64,000 nucleotides of DNA from Candidatus Moraniibacteriota bacterium (GCA_016182385.1 JACPGV010000002.1:189190-253189), one strand, 5' to 3'. Shown: positions 15,588 to 24,965, numbered from the stretch's first letter. Program-made: numbers and translations. Notes: generated by a model from the letters alone, not told the origin.

Positions 15588-17426
15588 ATGTTTGAAAAAC
15601 ACCCCCTCCACATCAAAAACCCAGAACTGCAGAAATCTGCCGATGTTCAGCATGCCGTTGTTCGTGACCAGCGCCACACCGGCGAGAAAATTCCAAATGA
15701 TCCTAAAGATCGTATTGAGGCATATACTGACCGATTGGAAAATATCTTTCTCAACCCTGATAGCCGAGTACGAGAGCGCAATATTGACCTTCTTCGTCCC
15801 AAGATTTACGACAGCCTCATCATCAAGCGAGGGAATTTTCCCGATTCCTACTTTGAACTCCAAAAAAGAGTGGCCAGAGAACAGGGTCACGGTGACATTG
15901 AAATTTCTCAAGAGATGCGAGAGCAGATGATTGATACGGCTATCGCTGATCAAAGGCACTCTCTTGATGCTTGGATTGACTACCTGTCATCCGAAGATGC
16001 TGTCTATCCAGCCTGGTTTAAGTACTACGCGTGGAATCAAATTACCAAGCTTTCCCAGTTTGATAAAGAGCGCGGCGAATTCAAGAAACGCACCGAAAGC
16101 ACGGTCGCTCCTTTTCCAGATATCTACCGCGAACCACTAGCGCAAATGGCCGACCTGTACGAGCGAGTCAAGCAAGATAATAAGGATCCAGAAGCTAGAG
16201 CTGAATTTGATAAAAAATTCCCTAATCTCTACGCTGAACTCATTGTTAAATCCTTAGAGGCCGGAGTGGGGGGTGGGGAAACCATAGAGGGGGCCTGGGT
16301 AAAGTTTGAACAAGGGGAGGAAGGCGCCGCGGAGAAACTTTTTCAGTCGCTTGATGGCCGAGGGACGGGCTGGTGTACCGCTGGGTATTCAACCGCCCAA
16401 ACCCAAATTGAATCCGGAGATTTCTATGTCTATTACACGAATGATAAAGACGGAAACCCAATACAACCAAGACTCGCCATTCGCATGAATGGTGATACTC
16501 AAATCGGAGAAGTAAGAGGAGTGCTCCCGCAACAAAATGTAGAGCCTTTGATGCAAGAAGTATTAGAGGAAAAACTCCAAGCTTTTGGGAAAGAGGCTGA
16601 TGCGTATCATAAGAGGAGTAGCGATATGAAAATGCTGACCGTTCTGGAAAACAAAAAAAAGCAGGGAATACCTTTTGCTAAAGAAGATCTCACTTTCCTA
16701 TACGAAATCAATTCCACCATTGAAGGCTTTGGCTATCAGGAAGATCCACGCATCGCTGAATTACGGGCTGATCGCAATACCGAAAGAGACATGTTAGTAA
16801 TCTTTGATTGTACCCAGGCAGATATTGCCAGAACCCCAAGTGAAATTCGGCCTACAACCAAAGCCTATGTGGGTCAATTAGAGCCAGGCATCTTCCAAAA
16901 ACTCCCAGCTACTCTAGAACACGTCTATACTGCTTTCCCAGAAGGAAAAGTACGAAGGATAGAATCCAAAGTGGGAGGCAAATCTGCTGGTACTCTTCAA
17001 GAAGAATTGGAAGCTGCTCAAATCAATATTGGGGGCTATGCTGAGAGTATGCTCAAAAACAAAAAGGAATTTATTGCTACTCCAGAATTAGAAGAGATGA
17101 CCCTGATTCGTCTTACGGTAGCTGACCTTGGTTTTAAGTCCTCTGCTACTACTGATCAAATTTACAAACGAGCTGAAGAATTAGGACTTGAACTCTGTCC
17201 AAGCGATGTCGGTCCCACGCTCCGTTTACAATACCAAAATCAACCTCTTGGAGAATGGCTGTATATAGGAATGAAACAAATTGCTGACTCTGACGGCAAT
17301 CCCGGCGTTTTCATGCTGGCGCGCGACGGTGGCGGTTTGTGGTTGGACAGCAGTTGGGCGAGGCCTAGCAGCGGGTGGAATCCGGACGGCGGGTTCGTGT
17401 TCCGTCTCCGCAAATCTGAATCTTAG
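15588..17426 (+). CDS. DGR target (variable) protein, 612 aa. C-terminal ~45 aa is encoded by the VR (C-type-lectin/FGE-like ligand-binding fold inferred). N-terminal ~560 aa of unknown function.
   Basis: 3' end 17283-17410 is an adenine-mismatched copy of the TR. C-terminal motif ...GWNPDGGFVFRLR is typical of DGR variable proteins. Confidence 0.8.
   Translation: MFEKHPLHIKNPELQKSADVQHAVVRDQRHTGEKIPNDPKDRIEAYTDRLENIFLNPDSRVRERNIDLLRPKIYDSLIIKRGNFPDSYFELQKRVAREQGHGDIEISQEMREQMIDTAIADQRHSLDAWIDYLSSEDAVYPAWFKYYAWNQITKLSQFDKERGEFKKRTESTVAPFPDIYREPLAQMADLYERVKQDNKDPEARAEFDKKFPNLYAELIVKSLEAGVGGGETIEGAWVKFEQGEEGAAEKLFQSLDGRGTGWCTAGYSTAQTQIESGDFYVYYTNDKDGNPIQPRLAIRMNGDTQIGEVRGVLPQQNVEPLMQEVLEEKLQAFGKEADAYHKRSSDMKMLTVLENKKKQGIPFAKEDLTFLYEINSTIEGFGYQEDPRIAELRADRNTERDMLVIFDCTQADIARTPSEIRPTTKAYVGQLEPGIFQKLPATLEHVYTAFPEGKVRRIESKVGGKSAGTLQEELEAAQINIGGYAESMLKNKKEFIATPELEEMTLIRLTVADLGFKSSATTDQIYKRAEELGLELCPSDVGPTLRLQYQNQPLGEWLYIGMKQIADSDGNPGVFMLARDGGGLWLDSSWARPSSGWNPDGGFVFRLRKSES
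17283..17410 (+). repeat. DGR variable repeat (VR).
   Basis: 128 bp, about 83% identical to the TR. All ~22 mismatches fall at TR adenines. Shared 3' GC-rich IMH-like end CGTGTTCCGTCTCCG. Confidence 0.85.
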
Positions 17427-17769
17427 AAACTTTGTTTCTTTGTCTTAATTTTTCTTTTGACCCTTGGACTCTTTGATACTTTGGACTTTAGTCTTTTAGC
17501 GGCGTAGCCGCTTGGCGCGATTTTTTTGCTATACTGATTGCAAGCTGGTTACATTGAACGGTTACGGCTTTTCGAGACCAGCCCGGCTCATGTGGATTGA
17601 GAGCGTGGACGGCTACGGTTTTCCACGGAGGATACGCATGCAGTCAACAAAAAAGAAACACTTGGTGCGACACACTGGCTGATTTTCGATCAGAGTTAAA
17701 ATACAGCACGACCTCTGGCATTTCATGCGCTTAGGTCGGCAGTGATCTAGATGGCGTGCCGCACAAAAA

Positions 17770-17897
17770 GCTGACTCTGACGGCAATCCCAACGTTTTCA
17801 AGCTGGAACGCAACGATGACGGTTTGTGGTTGAACAACAATTGGGCGAAGCCTAACAACGAGTGGAATCCGAACAACAAGTTCGTGTTCCGTCTCCG
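17770..17897 (+). repeat. DGR template repeat (TR).
   Basis: Contains 10 AAC (Asn) codons in the target frame. The corresponding VR codons are GGC/GAC/AGC/CGC etc. Confidence 0.85.
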
Positions 17898-17917
17898 AAA
17901 CTGCTTTCTTTCCGCAG

Positions 17918-18241
17918 CTATGTGTTGCGGTTTTTCTTTTCAGGGTTGTCGAGATTCTTCTTCCAGCCACCGAACATGCGGCCAATCTCTTCAAGTTTTG
18001 AGGAAACATTCTCACAGTGGGCGTTTGAAATGAGCTTGCCTTCCCAGGCAACTGAAACGAGAAACTTCAGCGTATCAAGAAGGAGGATACATTCAGAAAT
18101 CTTTTCAGCCTTTTTCTCTTTTTCGGTAAAGTAGGCAGCGTAGGAAAGTTCGAGTAAATCAAGAAACCTATTTTCAATGCGAGAGCCTATCGTATATCTC
18201 GCCCCTTTAGAAATATGCGGAACAATATTCACCCAAATCAA
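17918..18241 (-). CDS. Avd-like accessory variability determinant (four-helix-bundle, 23S rRNA IVS protein family). Antisense to TR and RT.
   Basis: 107 aa. C-terminal ...KFLVSVAWEGKLISNAHCENVSSKLEEIGRMFGGWKKNL resembles the IVS/Avd consensus (...EIGKML.GLIK.L). Basic. Confidence 0.5.
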   Translation of the reverse strand: MIWVNIVPHISKGARYTIGSRIENRFLDLLELSYAAYFTEKEKKAEKISECILLLDTLKFLVSVAWEGKLISNAHCENVSSKLEEIGRMFGGWKKNLDNPEKKNRNT

Positions 18242-18267
18242 ATAGCCCTCTTTGATACGAGCGAGGA

Positions 18268-19326
18268 TTGTGGCCTTCGTATTTCCGAGCGAAGCTCGGG
18301 GGGGGGGGTGAAAACAGGTGCAGTCATATCTACCATGATATCATTTCTGTGGATAACTTGCTCTCGGCCTGGCGCGAGTTTCTCAAAGATAAACGCCGTC
18401 GTAAGGATATTGAACGGTTTGCGCTTCACCTGACCGATAATGTCCTTTCGCTTCACAAGGATCTTACCGACAAAACCTATAAGCATGGCTCGTATCGAGC
18501 TTTTCGGATTAACGACCCGAAGCCACGAGATATTCATAAGGCATCGGTTCGAGACCGACTTCTGCACCATGCGATCTATCGGGTCTTGTATCCCTACTTC
18601 GATCCCAAGTTTATTTTCGACTCCTATTCCTGCCGCCGTGCTAAAGGCACACACCGGGCTATCAATCGCTTTCGGGACTATGCTCGCAAGGTTTCACAAA
18701 ATCATACACGCACCGCTTGGGTTCTCAAGTGTGACATTAGGAAGTTTTTTGCTAACATCGATCACAAAATTCTGGAAGATATCCTGAGGCACCGCATCGG
18801 AGATGGAGAGGTAGTATCGCTTCTGGGCGAAGTAGTAGGAAGCTTTCATACGAAAGACAATCCCGCTGTCGGGCTGCCCCTTGGCAACCTTACGAGCCAG
18901 CTTCTGGTGAACATCTATATGAATGAGTTCGATCACTTTGTGAAGCGGGAATTGAAAGCCGCCTACTACATTAGGTATGCAGATGACTTCGTAATCTTGC
19001 ATGAAGACAAGGAGTATTTGGAAAAGCTTTTGCCCAAGATAGCAGCGTATCTGGCAGCCCGGCTTAGGCTGTCGCTCCACCCGAACAAGGTATTCATAAA
19101 GACGATTGCCTCGGGCGTTGATTTCTTAGGCTGGGTGCATTTTCCGTATCATCGGGTACCAAGAACCTCCACCAAAAAAAGAATGTTCAGAAACCTCAAT
19201 CAGAAGCAGACGGAAGCCACCGTGGCCTCATATCTCGGCCTCCTGAGCCATGGGAACACCTATGGCCTAGCTGAGAAGGTAAAGAGAAGTCTTCCCGAAA
19301 ATTCGAGCGAAAAGGCTACCTTTTGA
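18268..19326 (+). CDS. DGR reverse transcriptase.
   Basis: RT domains with YADD (IRYADDFVIL) and DGR-specific motif LPLGNLTSQ, which replaces QGxxxSP. About 350 aa, no maturase/endonuclease domain. Start uncertain: TTG at 18268 or GTG at 18349. Confidence 0.85.
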   Translation: MWPSYFRAKLGGGGENRCSHIYHDIISVDNLLSAWREFLKDKRRRKDIERFALHLTDNVLSLHKDLTDKTYKHGSYRAFRINDPKPRDIHKASVRDRLLHHAIYRVLYPYFDPKFIFDSYSCRRAKGTHRAINRFRDYARKVSQNHTRTAWVLKCDIRKFFANIDHKILEDILRHRIGDGEVVSLLGEVVGSFHTKDNPAVGLPLGNLTSQLLVNIYMNEFDHFVKRELKAAYYIRYADDFVILHEDKEYLEKLLPKIAAYLAARLRLSLHPNKVFIKTIASGVDFLGWVHFPYHRVPRTSTKKRMFRNLNQKQTEATVASYLGLLSHGNTYGLAEKVKRSLPENSSEKATF

Positions 19327-19471
19327 GACAGTCCCAAAAACGCCCATAACCGTCCCATTAGTCTCATTTGCCAAAAAGCCAAGCCTAGACTCAGGTACCT
19401 CAGTAAAACCCGAGAAACCATGCTAAAATATCCCTTAATAGCCCTATCCCTGGGTACTTAACTCAGGTGGC

Positions 19472-19509
19472 CCGCCAAAATTGGAAATCGGAATCAGAAG
19501 TCGAGATGA
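19472..19509 (+). repeat. Distal direct repeat of the tRNA-Ser(GCT) 3' end plus flank (attR-like).
   Basis: 33/38 identity with 15112-15149, including CCGCCA (acceptor end, discriminator, CCA). Confidence 0.55.
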
Positions 19510-19627
19510 TTTTTACTTAGATATTAAAATAACGCACCAATGATATTGGCGCGTTTTCAAATTCATCGAGAAAATCTATTGCGAGCTAAGACAACAAGTT
19601 TCTGACAGAAGCGTTGGGCATCATGCT

Positions 19628-19936
19628 TTAGTTGCCCGTAAAAAACAATATTGAAACAATAAGCAATACTATCCCTGTGGGAGGCAGAATCGTGCATATC
19701 AGCGCTACACGGTTCTTTGTTGGCGAATCTTCACCCCGCGACGCCCACGTCATTCCAAGCAAAGAAATCAGGGATGCCGTGAAGAGCCCGACGAGCGAAA
19801 TAAATGGTGGATTGACCAGTGATCTGCTACCAGAAAACGCGTCATGTAGCCCGACAAGAGTGAGAATGAGAAATCCGGATATTACTGTTATGATTCCCCA
19901 GAGTATCGCAAACAGCACGCGTTTATTTTTTGACAT
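19628..19936 (-). CDS. Small membrane protein (3 TM), hypothetical.
   Basis: 102 aa with three hydrophobic helices. Overlapping plus-strand ORF 19632..19967 judged less likely. Confidence 0.4.
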   Translation of the reverse strand: MSKNKRVLFAILWGIITVISGFLILTLVGLHDAFSGSRSLVNPPFISLVGLFTASLISLLGMTWASRGEDSPTKNRVALICTILPPTGIVLLIVSILFFTGN

Positions 19937-20150
19937 ATTGTTAATAATGAAGATTTTTCATATATAACAAAAGCATATCAATTAAGAGAATAAGAAACAA
20001 GTTATGAAAACTTGTTTGAAAAAGCTATCAATTCGAGAAAAATGATTCTATCGGATAAGGAGACGATATCTATGGTATTTTTTTTATTTTGTAGTAGAGT
20101 AGAGACAAAGGAAAAATGGAAATCCTTGGTTTAATTGTAATAAAATTAAA

Positions 20151-21542
20151 ATGAACGGATTTTTAAAGTACGGAATCGTTTCTCTCGTTTTTATCTTTGG
20201 AATCTCGTTTTCTTTTTTGACAATATCTTTCGTTTCGGCCGCGAATGGCCCGGTCAAGCGCGTGCTTCTTATCAATTCTTATGATCAGAGCTACAAATGG
20301 ACCGCGCAGATAACGCAGTCGGTAAAGGAAAAACTCGACGTAAGCGGTATCGCGTATGATCTCCAAGTGGAGAATATGGACACCAAACGGGTGAATGACG
20401 AGACATCGCGACAGCTCCTTTTCGAACAATTCAAGTACAAGTTCGGAAAATTCAAATACGATATCGTGCTCACTTCGGATGACGACGCGTTCAATTTCAC
20501 GCTGAAACATCGGGGAGAGCTTTTTCCGGATACCCCGGTGGTTTTTTGCGGGACGAATTTTATACAGAATCGTTTGGATATAATCAAAGATCAGAAACTC
20601 ATAAGCGGTATCAATGAGGACAGTGATATCGAAGCGAGTGTCGATATCGCCCTCAAGCTCCAATCGGGCGTCAGAAATATCTTTTTCATTCGCGACAGTA
20701 CCACGACGGGAAAGATTGTCGGTGACTATATAGACAAGCTCATACCGAAATATGAGAAAGATTACGCGGTTACCGTGTACGATGGGAGCTTGTCCGGTGA
20801 TGAGATTTTAAATGCCGTGAGGCAGATGCCGGAAAACAGCCTGATTTATGTGACGATTTTCAATGCTTCGGATAAGACGGGGAGATATTATGGTTATAGC
20901 GAGCTTTTGAAAGAAATTCGTGCCGAGACGGATGTTCCGATCTATGGAACATGGGATTTCAACTTGGGAGATGGCATCGTCGGCGGAAAACTGACGTCGA
21001 GCAAGGCTCAGGGCGGGGCGATGGCAGATATTGCTGTGCGGGTGCTGAATGGAGAGAATATAGAGAATATCCCGATCGTATTGCAAAGCCCGAACGTTTA
21101 CGCTTTCGATTATCGGGAATTGATCGCTCATAAGAGTGATAGAGCGAATATTCCGCCCGGGAGTGTCATCATAAATCAGCCGGAAAGTTTTTACGCGAAA
21201 TATCGCGAATACGTGTGGGTTGGCGTGGCGGTATTTATCCTTCTCATCGCGTTGGTTGTGGCACTTTTCGTTCGGAACAGGTTTCACGCGCTCAAACTTG
21301 CCCAATCGGTTATTGATCAGGAACAGTTGGAGAAAGTCGTGTCCGAGAGGACGGCCGCATTGCAGACCGCGAACAAGGCTATGCAGGTGGAGATGGAACA
21401 CAGAAAAAGAATTGAAAAAGAGTTGCTTTCGAAAAATGAGGAATTGGAGTCATTCAATACGATAGCGGTCAATCGAGAATTGGAAATGATAAAACTGAAG
21501 AAAAAAGTGCAAGAGTTGGAAAATCAAATCACGAAACCTTGA
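20151..21542 (+). CDS. Membrane-anchored protein with an extracytoplasmic ABC-substrate-binding-like sensor domain, one TM helix and a cytoplasmic coiled coil. No output domain.
   Basis: Signal/anchor segment, ~330-aa periplasmic domain, TM segment VWVGVAVFILLIALVVALFV, then ERTAALQ...coiled coil of the kind that precedes HK/GGDEF domains but ends after ~90 aa. Confidence 0.55.
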   Translation: MNGFLKYGIVSLVFIFGISFSFLTISFVSAANGPVKRVLLINSYDQSYKWTAQITQSVKEKLDVSGIAYDLQVENMDTKRVNDETSRQLLFEQFKYKFGKFKYDIVLTSDDDAFNFTLKHRGELFPDTPVVFCGTNFIQNRLDIIKDQKLISGINEDSDIEASVDIALKLQSGVRNIFFIRDSTTTGKIVGDYIDKLIPKYEKDYAVTVYDGSLSGDEILNAVRQMPENSLIYVTIFNASDKTGRYYGYSELLKEIRAETDVPIYGTWDFNLGDGIVGGKLTSSKAQGGAMADIAVRVLNGENIENIPIVLQSPNVYAFDYRELIAHKSDRANIPPGSVIINQPESFYAKYREYVWVGVAVFILLIALVVALFVRNRFHALKLAQSVIDQEQLEKVVSERTAALQTANKAMQVEMEHRKRIEKELLSKNEELESFNTIAVNRELEMIKLKKKVQELENQITKP

Positions 21543-21572
21543 TTGTGTTTATAAAAAATCGTGAGTAATTTT

Positions 21573-22325
21573 TTATCTCGCGATGACGATGCCGAAGACT
21601 TTGGTGGCGCCGGCACGCTTCAGAATCGTGGCGCATTCCGTGAGAGTAGCTCCAGTGGTAGCGACGTCGTCGATAAGCCAGATATATTTCCCCAAAAGCT
21701 CGTTGCGTCGGGAGTCGTTTATTATGAAGGCGTTTTTAAGATTTTTGAGCCGTTCTTCACGGGAATCGGTTTTTATTTGTGGCTTGGTGTAGTTGATACG
21801 AAGAAGAGCATCGGAAAGAACGGGGAGATGAAGATGTGGAGCAACATGCTGCGCGAGAGCATTTGCAAGAAGCTCGGACTGATTGAATCCACGAAAACGA
21901 AGGCGACGCTTGTGAAGTGGTACGGGAATGACATAATCGGGAAGAGGAAGATCTGTTTTGATCATTTGTTGCGCGAGCCAGAAACCGAGCGGCTCGGCGA
22001 GGAGCGAGATGAAGCGGTATTTATAGGTATGGATAAGTAGCGAGACAAATGGAGAACGATAGAGAGCTGGAGCAAACAATCCATCAAGCGCGGGGGCAAT
22101 ATCACAACAGGCAAAACAGAGCTCGCCATGAGGCGTGGTTGTTTTGTGGCAATGGGGGCAACGTTGTTTGGTGTGAAGAGGGAGTTTTTCGGCGCAGAGA
22201 GAACAAAGGTAGGTATCGGGAGTGCCGCATCCGAAACAAGAGAGAGGAAAAAGAGTATCAAGGAAAAAGGTACTGAGTGTTTCAAGAAATGGAAATCGAC
22301 GAAAAAGTATTTTTGTCAGAGACAC
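21573..22325 (-). CDS. comF: ComF-family competence protein (double zinc ribbon plus phosphoribosyltransferase domain).
   Basis: N-terminal CxxC...CxxC pairs. C-terminal PRTase motif IWLIDDVATTGATL. Confidence 0.75.
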   Translation of the reverse strand: MSLTKILFRRFPFLETLSTFFLDTLFPLSCFGCGTPDTYLCSLCAEKLPLHTKQRCPHCHKTTTPHGELCFACCDIAPALDGLFAPALYRSPFVSLLIHTYKYRFISLLAEPLGFWLAQQMIKTDLPLPDYVIPVPLHKRRLRFRGFNQSELLANALAQHVAPHLHLPVLSDALLRINYTKPQIKTDSREERLKNLKNAFIINDSRRNELLGKYIWLIDDVATTGATLTECATILKRAGATKVFGIVIAR

Positions 22326-24796
22326 AAGAGAGAATTATTTTTAAGAGAAAGTCGCAGGGATTTTTTTTCTGGTGAGTCGAGAAGTTTTTCGGCGATGCTT
22401 TTTTCCACGAGAGTTTGGATGTTTTTTCGTACGAGACGAGCCCCTTGCTCCGGAGTGAAACTTTTTTGCGCGATGAAACGAATGAGAGAAAGCGGATATT
22501 TAAGAGAATATCCTTGGGTTTTCAGTCGGTCGGCAAGGCGAGTGAGTTCAAGTTGGACAATTTTTTCGATAGCTTTTTCATCGAGAGCATCAAAAACAAT
22601 GGTATGGTCGAGTCGTGCAAGAAGTTCGGGGCGTAATTCCTTTTTTAATTCTTGGAGAACACCATGTTTGACGGTCGCGAAACGCGCGCGGAGATCATTT
22701 TCGTTTAAGTGTTTATCGAATCCGATATGAGCCGCTCCCGTGAAGGCAGTCGTGCCGATATTTGAGGTAAGGATAATAAGCGTGTTGCGAAAATTCACTT
22801 TATATCCCTCGGCATCAGTAAGCGTGCCGTCATCGAGGATTTGAAGGAGGATATTGAAAATATCGGGGTGTGCTTTTTCAATTTCATCAAAAAGAATGAC
22901 GGAATAGGGTCGTCGTCGCACGGATTCTGTTAGTTTGCCACCTTCGCCATAGCCGATGTAGCCTGCTGGCGCGCCAAGAATTTGGGCAACGCTGTGACGC
23001 TCCATAAATTCACTCATATCAAGACGAATAAGAGCATCTTTGTCGCCAAAGAATTCTTCCGCGATAATTTTGGCCGCAAGTGTCTTGCCGACGCCGGTTG
23101 GTCCGAGGAAAAGAAATGAGCCAAGTGGTCGGTTGGGATCGTTTATATTGCTCAGCGAGCGAGCGAGCGTTTGCTCGAGCGTTTGGGCAACTTCTTTTTG
23201 TCCGATGAAGAGGCGGTCAAGGGCCTGCCTGAGACGCATGAGCTTTTCGCGAGGTTGTTCTTTAGAGAGCTTGGCAAACGGAACGCGCGCCATGTGTGAG
23301 ACAGTTTTGAGAATATGTTCCGGCGTGACCGCGAGACGTTTTTCTTCGGATGTGATTGTTTGACGAGTTTTGAGGTCGGCTATTTTTTCTAAGAGAATTT
23401 TTTCCTGTTGATGGTATTTGGCGGCGTCGTCGTAACGCTCATTTTTGATAAGAGACTCTTTGTGTTCGTGAGTGGAGCGATACTCTTCTTCAAGATGAAT
23501 GAGTTTTTTTGATGTTTCGGAAATCAAGTGCCCTTGTTTGGCGAGTGCTGAAGCTTCATCGATGATATCGAGCGCCTTATCGGGAAGAAAACGATCCGGG
23601 ATATAGCGTACGGAAAGATCCACGGCCATATCAAGAACATCTTTGGAAAGAGTGATGCGATGAAAATCCTCATAGCTTTTTTTGATGTGTTCGAGAACTT
23701 CTTTGGCTTCCTCAATGCTTGGTTCGGTGATGATGACTGATTGAAAACGTCGCTCGAGAGCGGAATCTTTTTCGATATGGCGTTTGTATTCAGAAAGGGT
23801 TGTCGCGCCTACGCACTGTATTTCACCGCGAGAAAGAGCGGGTTTTAAGATATTGGCTGCATCAAGTCCGCCACTTGTGTTGCCGGCACCGACGATAGTA
23901 TGGATCTCGTCAATAAAAAGGATAACATTTTTGTCACGAATGGCTTCATGAATAATTTCTTTGAGACGTGTTTCGAATTCGCCGCGGAAATTTGTGCCGG
24001 CGACAACGAGGGCAAGATCAAGCGAAAGGACGCGTTTATGGAGAAGAGTGTGTGGAGCGGTGCCGTTCGTGATTGACTTGGCCAAAGCGGCGATAAGGGC
24101 GGTTTTTCCGACACCCGGTTCGCCGATAAGGAGAGGGTTATTTTTTTGTTTCCGCGTGAGTATTTGAATGATGCGATCGAGCTCTTTTTCTCTCCCGATG
24201 AGCATATCGTCTCGATAAGCCTCTGAACGAGCGATGTCGATAGTGTATTGATCAAGGAAGGGGGTGTTGTTTGAGGAGGTCGGCTTATGTTTTGTAAGAA
24301 AGTTTTCCGGTAAATCGAGCATTTTTGACAGTTGGGAAAAATTATCAAAATTGAGATGAGATTCGAGGGTTGATTGTATCTTTTTTTCGTCAATTTTGAG
24401 AGTGTGAAAAATGTCTTCAAGAGTAATCGCTTGTGATTCAAAGAGAGCGTAGAGGAGGTGTTCAGTGCCAACATAGGGGTAATGAAATCGGTTGGCGAGA
24501 AAGAAGGCTCGTCGCAAGATATTTTTTAAAGTATCAGAAAGGGGAATGGTGTGAGAGAGGGGAAGTGCTTTCCCTTTTGTTTTTTTCTTGAGACAAGATT
24601 TGGCGAGCGTTTCCCTTTCAAAACCGATATTTTCCAAGAGAATACTTCCCAAGCTGGATTCTTCGAGAAAAATGGCCATGAGTAAGTGTTCGGGTTCGAT
24701 GTGCTGATGGCGAGTATATCGAGCCATATCTCGCGCCTCTTTGAGGCTGTGACGAGCGTGAAGGGAAAGTTTTTTGCTGAATTCGGTTTCTAACAT
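22316..24796 (-). CDS. Clp/Hsp100 AAA+ chaperone (ClpC/ClpB family).
   Basis: Two AAA+ modules (GEPGVGKTA and GPTGVGKT Walker A). Clp N-domain repeats. 826 aa. Confidence 0.85.
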   Translation of the reverse strand: MLETEFSKKLSLHARHSLKEARDMARYTRHQHIEPEHLLMAIFLEESSLGSILLENIGFERETLAKSCLKKKTKGKALPLSHTIPLSDTLKNILRRAFFLANRFHYPYVGTEHLLYALFESQAITLEDIFHTLKIDEKKIQSTLESHLNFDNFSQLSKMLDLPENFLTKHKPTSSNNTPFLDQYTIDIARSEAYRDDMLIGREKELDRIIQILTRKQKNNPLLIGEPGVGKTALIAALAKSITNGTAPHTLLHKRVLSLDLALVVAGTNFRGEFETRLKEIIHEAIRDKNVILFIDEIHTIVGAGNTSGGLDAANILKPALSRGEIQCVGATTLSEYKRHIEKDSALERRFQSVIITEPSIEEAKEVLEHIKKSYEDFHRITLSKDVLDMAVDLSVRYIPDRFLPDKALDIIDEASALAKQGHLISETSKKLIHLEEEYRSTHEHKESLIKNERYDDAAKYHQQEKILLEKIADLKTRQTITSEEKRLAVTPEHILKTVSHMARVPFAKLSKEQPREKLMRLRQALDRLFIGQKEVAQTLEQTLARSLSNINDPNRPLGSFLFLGPTGVGKTLAAKIIAEEFFGDKDALIRLDMSEFMERHSVAQILGAPAGYIGYGEGGKLTESVRRRPYSVILFDEIEKAHPDIFNILLQILDDGTLTDAEGYKVNFRNTLIILTSNIGTTAFTGAAHIGFDKHLNENDLRARFATVKHGVLQELKKELRPELLARLDHTIVFDALDEKAIEKIVQLELTRLADRLKTQGYSLKYPLSLIRFIAQKSFTPEQGARLVRKNIQTLVEKSIAEKLLDSPEKKSLRLSLKNNSLLCL

Positions 24797-24965
24797 AGAA
24801 AGAAAAAGTATACTAATAGAGTACCATATATCTTATTTTTTCTTTGGTGGTATGTCAACCCCGAACAATGTTTTTTAAGAGTGTTTTTTTAGGTTATATT
24901 TCTTTGTTTTTTTTCTGTGATGTGATAAAATATCATTGAAATGAGACAAAGACAAAAGTGAACAT

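Larger units (their letters stand above)
15112..19509 (+). mobile_element. DGR cassette (target/VR, TR, avd, RT) lying between the tRNA-Ser(GCT) 3' end and a 38-bp direct repeat of that end. Putative integrated DGR island.
   Basis: Direct repeats CCGCCAAAATTGrAAATCGGAATCrGAAGyCGArATG at 15112-15149 and 19472-19509. Confidence 0.5.

Noticed and set aside
18298-18308. G11 tract considered as a sequencing or assembly artefact.
   Set aside because: It was not rejected outright, because homopolymer errors are common. It was kept as a finding, since its position in the avd/RT divergent region is exactly where a phase-variable switch would act. It requires read-level confirmation.
18268-19326. Reverse transcriptase considered as a group II intron-encoded protein or retron RT.
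   Set aside because: Only about 350 aa with no maturase (X) or endonuclease domain. Motif 4 is LGNLTSQ (DGR type) rather than QGxxxSP. A TR/VR pair with adenine-specific mismatches and an Avd-like gene are adjacent. No intron RNA domain V/VI-like structure was seen downstream.
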